Positions 19,159 through 27,369 of a stretch of DNA of 32,000 nt are shown in pieces. The position numbers and the translations under genes are program-made. The stretch is from contig NZ_CP135009.1 of NCBI RefSeq assembly GCF_039383305.1, positions 30,001 through 62,000 of the forward strand, written 5' to 3'. This stretch comes from Candidatus Saccharimonadota bacterium. Lineage in GTDB: Bacteria; Pseudomonadota; Gammaproteobacteria; Enterobacterales; Enterobacteriaceae. Numbering within the stretch: position 1 is the first letter of the stretch; each line of letters opens with the position of its first letter. Under the pieces are notes generated by a model that did no database searches, was not told where the DNA came from, and saw nothing but the letters and a program-made list of their open reading frames with translations.

Positions 19159-20829
19159 ATGAATTTTAAAAATTTATTATTTAAAGATGTTAAAAAAAAA
19201 TATAATTATTTAATGAATTATTTTTTTAAAAATTATCAAGTTTTTTTTATTTTTTTTTCTGGTATATGTGCAATAATATTTTCTATTATTTTTTGGATTC
19301 GTTCAGAAAATTATAAAATTTTATATGATTCCATTTCTAGAATTGAAGGAAGTGAAATTATAAAAAAATTAACAAGAATGAAAATTCCATATAAATTAGA
19401 TGAAAAAACTGGATCTATTTTAGTGCCAGAAAAAAAAATACAAGAAATAAAGTTTAAGTTAGCATATAAAAAAAATTTTTTTAAAAAAAATAATGGTTTT
19501 GAGATTTTAGATAAAGAAAAATTTGGAATTAGTGCGTTTAATGAAAAAATTAATTATAATCGTAGTTTAGAAGGTGAATTAGCGAGAACTTTACAAATAT
19601 TATATCCAATTAAAAATGTTCGTATTCATTTATCTATTCCTCAGGAATCTAGTTTCTTACATACTAATCATAATAATATTTCGGCTTCTATTTTATTATT
19701 TTTAGATTCTAAAATAAAATTAGATTTTTTACAAATAGAATCTTTAGTTCATTTTGTAGCTTTTAGTGTTCCTAACCTTACTTGTGATAAAATTGTTATT
19801 ATGGATCAGTTTGGAAATATGTTAAATACTATTGTACCTAATTTAAAAGATAATTATTTTTTTCATTTTTTAGAATTATATAATCAGCAATTAGAAAAAA
19901 AAATTAAAACTAGTATTACACAATTATTAACCCCAATTTTAGGTATTAAAAATTTTATTGTTCAAGTAACTGTTCAACAATTAGAAAATTTGTCTTTTAA
20001 TCAACAAAAAAAAGATAGAGTTTTGTATACAAAAGATAATAATAGTTTATTAAAATTAGTTCCTGAATATTTTAATGAGTTAGGAATTTCTTCTAATTCT
20101 GATTTTTTTTCTTCTAAAATGAAAAAAAAAATTTTTTTTAAAAAAAAAGAAAAATTACCTATTGAACAAAAAAAAAAAAAAATTAAAAAATCTGTAAATA
20201 CTATTGTAAAAAATAAAAAAAAAAATACTAAATTAAATAAAAGAAAAGATTATAAATATCATATTTTAAAATCTAAAAATATTTTTTTTAATGGTAAAAA
20301 AAGTATTTCTATCGTAATAATTTTAAATTATTATAAAAATTTAAAAGGAGAATTAGTTTCTTTTACCTCTACTGAATTGAATAATTTTAAATTTTTAATT
20401 AAATCGAGTTTACCGTTTCTTTCAAATTATCAAAATACTATTCGGGTTTTTAATCAATTATTTATTATTAGTCAGAAAAATATTTCGAAAAATATTTTTT
20501 TTAGAATATGGAATATTTTTTTTATAAAGAAAAATTTTTTATATTATTTTTTATTTTTTTTATTTTTTTTAATTTTTTGTATAAAATATAAAATTAATAA
20601 AATTTTTCAATATATTTTTAAAAAATATTGTCTAATTAAAATTTTTAATATTAATAAAAAACCTTTTTTAATTTCACAAAAAGATTTTCAGAAAAATTCT
20701 TTACAAAAGTTAAATAATAATAAAAATTCTAATTTTATCATTTCGAATATTCGAAAAAAAATATTAAATATGAGCGCAAAAACAATTGCGAAAATAATTC
20801 GTATTTGGTTTAAAAAAATGGAAAATTAA
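19159..20829 (+). CDS. fliF: Flagellar M-ring protein FliF
   Basis: The 556-aa ORF compares with 552 aa in E. coli. An N-terminal TM segment is followed by ISRIEGSEIIKKLTRMKIPYKLDEKTGSILVPEKKIQEIKFKLA, like FliF LSDQDGGAIVAQLTQMNIPYRF..IEVPADKVHELRLRLA. AGGA sits 7 nt upstream. A lysine-rich insertion includes an A15 tract. Confidence 0.9.
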   Translation: MNFKNLLFKDVKKKYNYLMNYFFKNYQVFFIFFSGICAIIFSIIFWIRSENYKILYDSISRIEGSEIIKKLTRMKIPYKLDEKTGSILVPEKKIQEIKFKLAYKKNFFKKNNGFEILDKEKFGISAFNEKINYNRSLEGELARTLQILYPIKNVRIHLSIPQESSFLHTNHNNISASILLFLDSKIKLDFLQIESLVHFVAFSVPNLTCDKIVIMDQFGNMLNTIVPNLKDNYFFHFLELYNQQLEKKIKTSITQLLTPILGIKNFIVQVTVQQLENLSFNQQKKDRVLYTKDNNSLLKLVPEYFNELGISSNSDFFSSKMKKKIFFKKKEKLPIEQKKKKIKKSVNTIVKNKKKNTKLNKRKDYKYHILKSKNIFFNGKKSISIVIILNYYKNLKGELVSFTSTELNNFKFLIKSSLPFLSNYQNTIRVFNQLFIISQKNISKNIFFRIWNIFFIKKNFLYYFLFFLFFLIFCIKYKINKIFQYIFKKYCLIKIFNINKKPFLISQKDFQKNSLQKLNNNKNSNFIISNIRKKILNMSAKTIAKIIRIWFKKMEN

Positions 20830-20835
20830 AATTGT

Positions 20836-21426
20836 ATGGAAAAAATAAAAATTATTCAAAAAATTGCAATTTTTTTATTATCTTTAAATAAAAGAAAAAT
20901 TATAGAAGTATTAAAATTTCTTGATAAAAAAGAAATTATAATTTTTAGTGAGGAAATGTTTAAAATTGATAAAAAATTATTAAAAAATAGTAACAACATT
21001 TTAAAAGAATTTTTAGAAGTTTATAAATTTTATTTTTCACATAAATTTCAAAATTTTGATCAAGTGATGTTATTATTAAAAAATTCTATTGTAAAAAATA
21101 AAGATCAAAATGTTATAAAAAAACCTCAAATTAAATATAAATTTTTAAATAAAATCTTATTTTTAAATACATTAAAAAGTTTTGACATTTTTAATTTTTT
21201 AAAAAATGAATCAAGTATGATTATTAGTATTTTTTTAATTTATTTAAAAAAAAAAAAGTCTTTAAAAATATTTTTTTTATTTAAAAAAAAAAAACGTTTA
21301 AAAATTTTTAAAAATATTAAAAATTTTACTGGTATTAAAAAATTTGGATTTTTTATTTTAAATCGAATTTTAAAAGATAAATTTAAAAAATTTAATTTTA
21401 TTATTAAAAAAAAAAAGAGTATTTAA
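20836..21426 (+). CDS. fliG: Flagellar rotor/switch protein FliG, truncated to the N-terminal and middle domains (196 aa vs 331 aa in E. coli)
   Basis: [33 protein letters not shown] aligns with E. coli [59 protein letters not shown] aligns with [36 protein letters not shown]. The ORF ends near E. coli residue ~200. Only 157 bp remain before fliH, with stops in all frames. Confidence 0.78.
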   Translation: [196 protein letters not shown]

Positions 21427-21583
21427 TATGTGTTAAATTATTTAAAATTTTTTAAAAAATAAAAAAAATAATATATAAAAAATAAATAATTTTTTATATA
21501 AAAATAATTTTTTATATAAATTTTAATTTTTATAAATTTTTTAAAATATATAATTTTTAAGAATATTACTTAGAGGAAAAAAT

Positions 21584-22485
21584 ATGTTAGATATAAAAAA
21601 AAAAAATGGAAAAAATGGCATCCACCAGTTTTAACAAAAAAAAAAAATATTAAAAAAAAAATACAAAATAAAAAATTTTTATTTTCTAAAAATTTAAATA
21701 TTCAAAATAATAAAAAGATAAAAAAATGTTTATTTAATATTCATAAAAAAGATTGTAAAATAAATTTATCATTAAAATCTTTAAAATTAAATCAAAAATT
21801 ATGTAAGGAAGGTTATCAAATAGGATATAAAGAAGGGCATCAAGCAGGATATAAAGAAGGGCATCAAGCAGGATATAAAGAAGGGCATCAAGCAGGATAT
21901 AAAGAAGGGCATCAAGCAGGATATAAAGAAGGGCATCAAGCAGGATATAAAGAAGGATATACAGAAGGATATAATGTTTCTGATTTCGTTCAAAAATTTC
22001 AAATTACAAAAAAAAATTTGCGAGATTTTGAAAAAAAATATATTTCTTTTATTTTAAAAGAAAAAATTCATAAAATTAATCTTTTATTAACAGAATTTAA
22101 AAAATCAATTATTATGTTAAATGATGATGTTTCATTAAAATTGTTTGAAATATCAATTAAAATTTCTGAATTTATAGTTTCTGATGTTTTATTAGTCGAT
22201 AAATTTTTAGTATTACGAAAAATTTCTATGATATTAAAAAAAGTTAAAAATTCTATGGAAAATTTAATAATTAAAGTACATTCAAAAAATGAATTTTTAG
22301 TTAAAAAAAAATTTTCTGCTTTTTTTCAAAGTTATGATTGGAAAATTTTAATTGATAATACATTAGATCAATATAGTTGTTATGTAATTATTGATAATAT
22401 GGAAATTGATGGAACAATATCTGCAATTTGGAATTCTGTATATGAACTATCAGGAATCACTAAGGATAAAAAAGATGATAATTAA
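21584..22485 (+). CDS. fliH: Flagellar export ATPase regulator FliH; reading frame interrupted at an A12 tract near the 5' end (needs +1 A to be in frame)
   Basis: AGAGGA plus ATG 21584 give MLDIKKK, then a stop at 21632 in that frame. The long frame (open 21574-22485, no start codon of its own) reads KKWKKWHPPVL.. (E. coli FliH LPWKTWTPDDL), then a GYKEGHQA repeat ladder (E. coli GYQAGIAEGRQQGHEQGYQEG), then the C-terminal domain. The stop lies 11 nt inside fliI. Confidence 0.8.
21823..21956 (+). repeat. Perfect 24-bp tandem repeat, 5 full copies plus a 14-nt partial copy, in frame within fliH (GYKEGHQA units)
   Basis: GGATATAAAGAAGGGCATCAAGCA occurs at 21823, 21847, 21871, 21895 and 21919 with no mismatch. 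Degenerate copies flank it (KEGYQI upstream, GYKEGYTEGYN downstream). Confidence 0.97.
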
Positions 22486-23875
22486 TCAAAATCCTTGGTA
22501 TCAAAAATTAAATAATTTTGAAAATAAAATAGAATTTTTATCTGATTTGATATTTTTTGGTAGATTAATAAGTGTGAATGATTTAGTATTAGAAGTAGTT
22601 GGTTTACAACAAGAAATTGGATCTTTATGTTATATAGAATGTTTTAGGAAGAAAAAAAAAATTTTAGTAACGTGTGAAATTATTGGTTTTAGAGAAAAAA
22701 AGACTTTTTTAATTTCTTTTGATTATACTTATAATTTCTTTCCTGGAGCTCGTGTTTTTATTAAAAGTCAAAAAAAAAATTTTTTAGAAAATTCTCAGAT
22801 TTTTCCTTTTGGTAGAGGATTGTTAGGCAGAATTTTAGATAGTACAGGTTTTCCTTTAGATCAATTAGGGACATTTAAAGGGGAAATATTTTATAAATCT
22901 TTTTATCATAAAAATATTAATCCATTAAAAAGAACTCCCATTACTAAAATTTTTGATACAGGTATACAAGCAATTAATAGTTTATTAACTATTGGTCAAG
23001 GTCAAAGAATAGGAATTTTTGCGCGTCCAGGAGTAGGAAAAAGTTTATTATTAGGTATGATTACACGTTATTCTGCTGTAGAGATTATTATTGTTGCTTT
23101 AGTTGGAGAAAGAAATCGAGAAGTATTAGATTTTGTTCATAATATTTTAAATAAAGAAAGTTTAAAGAAATCTATTATTATTGTATCTACCGCTGATTCA
23201 CCTCCAATATTACGAATTAAAGCTGTCTCTTATGCTACTTCTTTAGCTGAATTTTTTCGTTCTTTAAATAAAAATGTTTTATTAATTTGTGACTCTCTAA
23301 CACGTTATGCTATTGCATATCGTGAAATTTCTTTATCATTAGGCGCTTTCCCTATTTCTAGAGGATATCCAGTTTCTATTTTTTCAAATATACCTTCTTT
23401 GATTGAAAGGACTGGAAATTCTATGAATAAAAATGGTACTATTACTTCTTTTTATACTATTTTAACGGAGGGGGATGAAGATAATGATCCGATTTTAGAT
23501 ATTTCAAAATCTATTTTAGATGGTCATATTATGTTATCTAACATATTATCTAATGCTGGTCATTATCCAGCGATTGACATTGAATTATCTATTAGTCGGT
23601 TAATGTCTTCGATTGTATCTTCTTCACATTTAAAAAATGCAATTTTTTTAAAGAAATTAATTTCATGTTATAATACACATAAAGATTTAATTACGTTGGG
23701 TGCTTATGTACCAGGAAAAAATTTTTTATTAGATCAATCTGTACAAATGTGGCCATTAATAGAAAAATTTTTAAAACAAGATTTTTTATTTAGTGTTTCA
23801 TATGATACTTCTTTATTACATTTAGAAAATTTATTAAAAAATTTATATGTGAAAAAAGAGAAAATTAATATATGA
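22475..23875 (+). CDS. fliI: Flagellum-specific (type III export) ATPase FliI
   Basis: Walker A is FARPGVGKSLLLGM and Walker B is LLICDSLTRYA, and PPILR and GHYPAID are conserved. The start is set at ATG 22475 (AAGGA 8 nt upstream), giving 466 aa against 457 aa in E. coli. The ORF-track start at 22391 lies inside fliH. Confidence 0.95.
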   Translation: MIINQNPWYQKLNNFENKIEFLSDLIFFGRLISVNDLVLEVVGLQQEIGSLCYIECFRKKKKILVTCEIIGFREKKTFLISFDYTYNFFPGARVFIKSQKKNFLENSQIFPFGRGLLGRILDSTGFPLDQLGTFKGEIFYKSFYHKNINPLKRTPITKIFDTGIQAINSLLTIGQGQRIGIFARPGVGKSLLLGMITRYSAVEIIIVALVGERNREVLDFVHNILNKESLKKSIIIVSTADSPPILRIKAVSYATSLAEFFRSLNKNVLLICDSLTRYAIAYREISLSLGAFPISRGYPVSIFSNIPSLIERTGNSMNKNGTITSFYTILTEGDEDNDPILDISKSILDGHIMLSNILSNAGHYPAIDIELSISRLMSSIVSSSHLKNAIFLKKLISCYNTHKDLITLGAYVPGKNFLLDQSVQMWPLIEKFLKQDFLFSVSYDTSLLHLENLLKNLYVKKEKINI

Positions 23876-24315
23876 AAGTAACAAGAAATTTATTCGTTAG
23901 TTTACGAAAAAAAATATATTTTGAATTACAAGAAAAATTTTTTATATTAAAAAAATCTTTAGAAGTAGAAAAAAAAAATTCTATATATTTAATAACAATA
24001 AAAAAATACTTGGTAGAATATACTAAAATTTTTTCAAAAAATCTCTTTAAAGGTATCTTAATTTTTCAATTAAAATTTTTTGAAAAATTTAGAAATTTAT
24101 TAAAAAAATCTATTTTTTTACAAAAAAAAATTTTAAAAGATTTAATTGAAAAAAATTCTTTTTTTTTAAATGAAATTCAAAACCTGTTTCTTATTTTTAA
24201 AAAATGGGAAAAATTAGAAAAACATTATTTACAAATACAAATAAAAAAAAAAAAATTAAAGATTAATCGTCAAGAAGAATTTTTATCTCAAAATTTTTAT
24301 ATATTATTACATTAA
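23872..24315 (+). CDS. fliJ: Flagellar export chaperone/stalk protein FliJ
   Basis: The 147-aa length equals E. coli FliJ. There is an ATGA overlap with fliI. The composition suggests a coiled coil. The C-terminal KKWEKLEKHYLQIQIKKKKLKINRQEEFLSQ resembles SWREKKQRLQAWQTL..NRLDQKKMDEFAQ. Confidence 0.7.
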   Translation: MKVTRNLFVSLRKKIYFELQEKFFILKKSLEVEKKNSIYLITIKKYLVEYTKIFSKNLFKGILIFQLKFFEKFRNLLKKSIFLQKKILKDLIEKNSFFLNEIQNLFLIFKKWEKLEKHYLQIQIKKKKLKINRQEEFLSQNFYILLH

Positions 24316-24437
24316 TAATTTTTTTATTTTTTTTATAGGATATAAATGATATTTTTGTATATAGACATATTAAAAAAATTTATTATTAAATTTTAAAAGA
24401 ATATATTTTTTTTAAAAAAAAATTATAAGGAAATCTT

Positions 24438-25847
24438 TTGTATATAAAAAAATTAAAATTTATGAAATTTTATTGGTTAAATAATCAAAAAAATTTAAAA
24501 TATTCTTTTAAAAAAAAAGAAGAAATAAAAATTAAAATTTTTAAAAATTTTTCAATTATAAAAAAAAAAATAGATTTATATTTTTTTGAAAAAAATTTTT
24601 TTTTAGAAGAAAAAATTTTTAAAATATGTTCTCAATTAGAAAAAATTTTTAAAAAAGAATTTGATTTAACTTGTAAAGTGAATTATAAAATTCAAAATTA
24701 TTTTCAAAATTCTACTATGAAAATATCTCATGATTTGTGTTTTTTAGAAAAATTATATTTTTTAAAAGATTTTAATAGTATTTTAGGATTATTAATATCT
24801 CAAAATATGATTAATTTTTTTTTAAATATATTTTTAAATCAAAAAAAAAATAATATTTTAATAAAATTTAAAAATAAATATTCGAAAATTGAATTAACAA
24901 TTTTTAAAATTTTAACTAAATTTCTTTATAAAATTTTTTATAAAAATTTTCTTTTAATATTTCAGGAAATACGATTTTATGATATTTCTAATTTATTTAT
25001 GAAAAAAAAAAATATTAAAGAAAATGAAAATTTTAATTTAATTATTAAATTTTATATTACATCTCAATATGGTTCGGGTATTTTTTTTAACATATATTCA
25101 ACTAATATTATAAAAAATTTTTTATTTAAAAAAAAGAAAAAAATTTTATTTCAAAAAAAAAAAATATATTTTGCAACATTATATAGTTCTATGTTAATGT
25201 TGCAAAAAATTCCATTTATACTTAGGGTTTTTTCTCAAAATTATTTTATTTTTTTATCTGAATTTTTAAAATGGAAATGTAATTATATTTTTTTTATAAA
25301 AGAAATAAAAATTGTAACAGCATATATTGAAAGATTTTCAATTTTTTTAGCTAAATATGGGCTTTATAATAAAGAGTATTCACTTCAAATTTTAAAAATT
25401 TTAAAAATTCAAAAAAAAAATTTATTTTTTCAGGAGTCCGATATGAATATAGATGAACAAAATAATAAAAAAATATTAGAAAAATCTTTGAAAAATTTTA
25501 CATTAGAAAAAAATAATTCTAATTTTCAAGATTCTATTTTAAAAAATCAAAAAAAAGATTCATCTTATAAAATTTCGAAAGAAAAAACTATTCTTTCAAA
25601 AAATTTTAAAAATTTAAAAATTATTTCTCATTTACCAATGAATATTACAGTAGAATTAGGTTATAAAAAAATTACTATTAAAAAATTATTAACGTTAACA
25701 AATGGATCTATAATTTCATTAAAAAAAAAAGAAGGAGATGCTTTAAATATTTTTGCAAATGGATATTTAATAGCTCAAGGAGAATTAGTAATGGTAAAAA
25801 AAAAATATGGAATACGAATTATTTCGATGATTTCTGATCCTATCTAA
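24438..25847 (+). CDS. fliM: Single ORF encoding FliM (residues 1-335) fused in frame to FliN (residues 336-469)
   Basis: The N-terminal ~335 aa are collinear with FliM in length and hydrophobic pattern (C-terminal IPFILRVFSQNYFIFLSEFLKWKCNYIFF..YGLYNKEYSLQILKIL vs LELVANFADISLRLSQILKLNPGDVLPI..YGTLNGQYALRIEHLI). No stop codon precedes the FliN part. TTG 24438 has AAGGA 6 nt upstream, and ATG 24462 is an alternative start. Confidence 0.75.
   Translation: MYIKKLKFMKFYWLNNQKNLKYSFKKKEEIKIKIFKNFSIIKKKIDLYFFEKNFFLEEKIFKICSQLEKIFKKEFDLTCKVNYKIQNYFQNSTMKISHDLCFLEKLYFLKDFNSILGLLISQNMINFFLNIFLNQKKNNILIKFKNKYSKIELTIFKILTKFLYKIFYKNFLLIFQEIRFYDISNLFMKKKNIKENENFNLIIKFYITSQYGSGIFFNIYSTNIIKNFLFKKKKKILFQKKKIYFATLYSSMLMLQKIPFILRVFSQNYFIFLSEFLKWKCNYIFFIKEIKIVTAYIERFSIFLAKYGLYNKEYSLQILKILKIQKKNLFFQESDMNIDEQNNKKILEKSLKNFTLEKNNSNFQDSILKNQKKDSSYKISKEKTILSKNFKNLKIISHLPMNITVELGYKKITIKKLLTLTNGSIISLKKKEGDALNIFANGYLIAQGELVMVKKKYGIRIISMISDPI
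25443..25847 (+). CDS. fliN: Flagellar switch/C-ring protein FliN (possible independent initiation inside the fused ORF)
   Basis: AGGAG (25432-25436) lies 6 nt upstream of the in-frame ATG 25443. The 134-aa product compares with 137 aa in E. coli. NITVELGYKKITIKKLLTLTNGSIISL..LNIFANGYLIAQGELVMVKKKYGIRI matches KLTVELGRTRMTIKELLRLTQGSVVAL..LDILINGYLIAQGEVVVVADKYGVRI. Confidence 0.85.
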   Translation: MNIDEQNNKKILEKSLKNFTLEKNNSNFQDSILKNQKKDSSYKISKEKTILSKNFKNLKIISHLPMNITVELGYKKITIKKLLTLTNGSIISLKKKEGDALNIFANGYLIAQGELVMVKKKYGIRIISMISDPI

Positions 25848-25883
25848 TATAAAATTTTGATATTTAATTAGGTATCTTTAAAA

Positions 25884-26216
25884 ATGTATAATTTTAGAAA
25901 AAATTTTTTATTTATTTTTTTAAACAAATGTTTTTATTTTTTTTATAATAATGAATCTTTAAAGTATATAAATTTTTCTGTAATATTGTTTTTATGTTTT
26001 ATTTTTTTGTTTTTTTTTTATATTAAAAAAACAGGTTTAGTAAATACTACTAAAACTTCTAATTCTATTACTTTATTAGAGCAATTTTATTTAACTGCTC
26101 ATCAAAAAATTATTATTATAAAGATTAGGAAGGTAAATTTAGTTTTAGGAGTTACAGAAAAAAATATCAATTTTTTATATATATTACCATCTTCAATAAA
26201 AAAAAATTATAATTAA
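25884..26216 (+). CDS. fliO: Flagellar biosynthesis protein FliO
   Basis: The 110-aa ORF sits between fliN and fliP and has one hydrophobic segment (FSVILFLCFIFLFFFY). SITLLEQFYLTAHQKIIIIKIRKVNLVLGVTEKNINFLYILPSS matches E. coli FliO LKISASASLGARERVVVVDVEDARLVLGVTAGQINLLHKLPPS. Confidence 0.7.
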   Translation: MYNFRKNFLFIFLNKCFYFFYNNESLKYINFSVILFLCFIFLFFFYIKKTGLVNTTKTSNSITLLEQFYLTAHQKIIIIKIRKVNLVLGVTEKNINFLYILPSSIKKNYN

Positions 26217-26280
26217 GGAATATTTTTATAATTGATATTATTTTAACATACTTTTTTATAGTAGTTTTAGGTAAATATTT

Positions 26281-27018
26281 ATGAATTTTTTTTTAAAGTA
26301 CATTTTATATTTTTTTATAAGTTTTTTTCCAAGAATTCTATATGCTAAAAATTTTTTTTCTTTAGTAGATACAGCAAAATATTCGCAAAATTTTTGGAAT
26401 GTTTCTTTACAAACTTTTTTAATTTTTTTTTTATTAAGTTTTATACCAGCTATTATTTTATTAATGACGAGTTTTACAAGAATTATTATAGTTTTTGGAT
26501 TATTACGAAATGCTTTAGGGACTCCATATTCTCCACCGAATCAAATTTTAATTACTTTATCTTTATTTTTAACTTTTTTTATTATGTCTCCAGTATTTAC
26601 TAAAATTTATTCTCAAGCTTATGTACCATATTTTCAAGAAAAATTAGATTTTAAAAATTCCATGCATAATGCTATTAAACCATTACATCAATTTATGCGT
26701 CATCAAACTCGTAAAACTGATCTTTTATTATTTTTTGAATTAGCAAAAATTAAGTATCCTAAAAAAGAAAATAATATTCCTTTAAGAATTTTATTACCTG
26801 CATATATAATTAGTGAATTAAAAACTGCATTTCAAATTGGGTTTTCAATTTTTTTACCTTTTTTAGTAATTGATTTAGTGGTAGCTAGTATATTAATGGC
26901 TTTAGGTATGATGATGGTGTCTCCTTCTACAATTTCATTACCATTAAAATTAATTTTGTTTGTATTAAGTGATGGTTGGAATTTATTAATTACTGCATTA
27001 TCAAAAAGTTTTTTTTAA
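26281..27018 (+). CDS. fliP: Flagellar export gate protein FliP
   Basis: The 245-aa length equals E. coli Fli[47 protein letters not shown] is almost identical to the enterobacterial protein. Confidence 0.96.
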   Translation: MNFFLKYILYFFISFFPRILYAKNFFSLVDTAKYSQNFWNVSLQTFLIFFLLSFIPAIILLMTSFTRIIIVFGLLRNALGTPYSPPNQILITLSLFLTFFIMSPVFTKIYSQAYVPYFQEKLDFKNSMHNAIKPLHQFMRHQTRKTDLLLFFELAKIKYPKKENNIPLRILLPAYIISELKTAFQIGFSIFLPFLVIDLVVASILMALGMMMVSPSTISLPLKLILFVLSDGWNLLITALSKSFF

Positions 27019-27099
27019 GTATAAAAAATTTTAGACAAAAAAGATTTTTAGAATGTTAATTTAATTTATAAAAATTAATTTTAAAAAATAGGAAATATA

Positions 27100-27369
27100 A
27101 TGTATCAATTACAAATTTTAAATTTAGTACAAAATTCTATGAAAATAGCAATAATTTTATCTTCTCCTATTTTATTGTCTCTTTTATTAATAGGATTATT
27201 AATTAATATTGTGCAAGTATCTACTCAAATTAATGAGCAAACTTTATCTTTTATTCCGAAAATTTTAGTTATTTTTTTTTCTGGATTTTTTTTTGGATCT
27301 TGGATGTTAAAATATATTTTAGATTATATTGTTTATATTTTTCATAATATTCCTGTTATGATCCAGTAA
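27100..27369 (+). CDS. fliQ: Flagellar export gate protein FliQ
   Basis: The 89-aa length equals E. coli FliQ. It has two hydrophobic helices and the motif VQVSTQINEQTLSFIPKI, like FliQ QA.TQIQEQTL.F.PK. AGGA sits 6-7 nt upstream. Confidence 0.92.
   Translation: MYQLQILNLVQNSMKIAIILSSPILLSLLLIGLLINIVQVSTQINEQTLSFIPKILVIFFSGFFFGSWMLKYILDYIVYIFHNIPVMIQ

Noticed and set aside
21484-21518. Near-duplicate 17-nt AT-only segment (AAATAATTTTTTATATA twice, period 18) in the fliG-fliH gap
   Set aside because: It is a low-complexity A/T sequence, and such short duplications are expected by chance at this composition. No functional signal can be supported.
21427-21583. Possibility that the missing FliG C-domain is hidden in another frame after the A11 tract at 21406-21416
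   Set aside because: All three frames hit stops within about 10-17 codons. The whole gap is 157 bp, far too short for a ~135-aa domain.
21823-21956. Possible CRISPR-like array, given the regularly spaced identical 24-bp units
   Set aside because: The units are directly abutting with no spacers, they are in frame within fliH, and no cas genes are nearby. This is a coding tandem repeat, not a CRISPR array.
21799-22002. 67-aa minus-strand ORF with a striking internal repeat (MPFFISCL x5) from the ORF track
   Set aside because: It is the antisense reading of the fliH 24-bp tandem repeat. The plus-strand frame is continuous with a recognisable FliH N- and C-terminus, so the minus-strand ORF is a by-product of repeat periodicity (24 is divisible by 3) with no stop.
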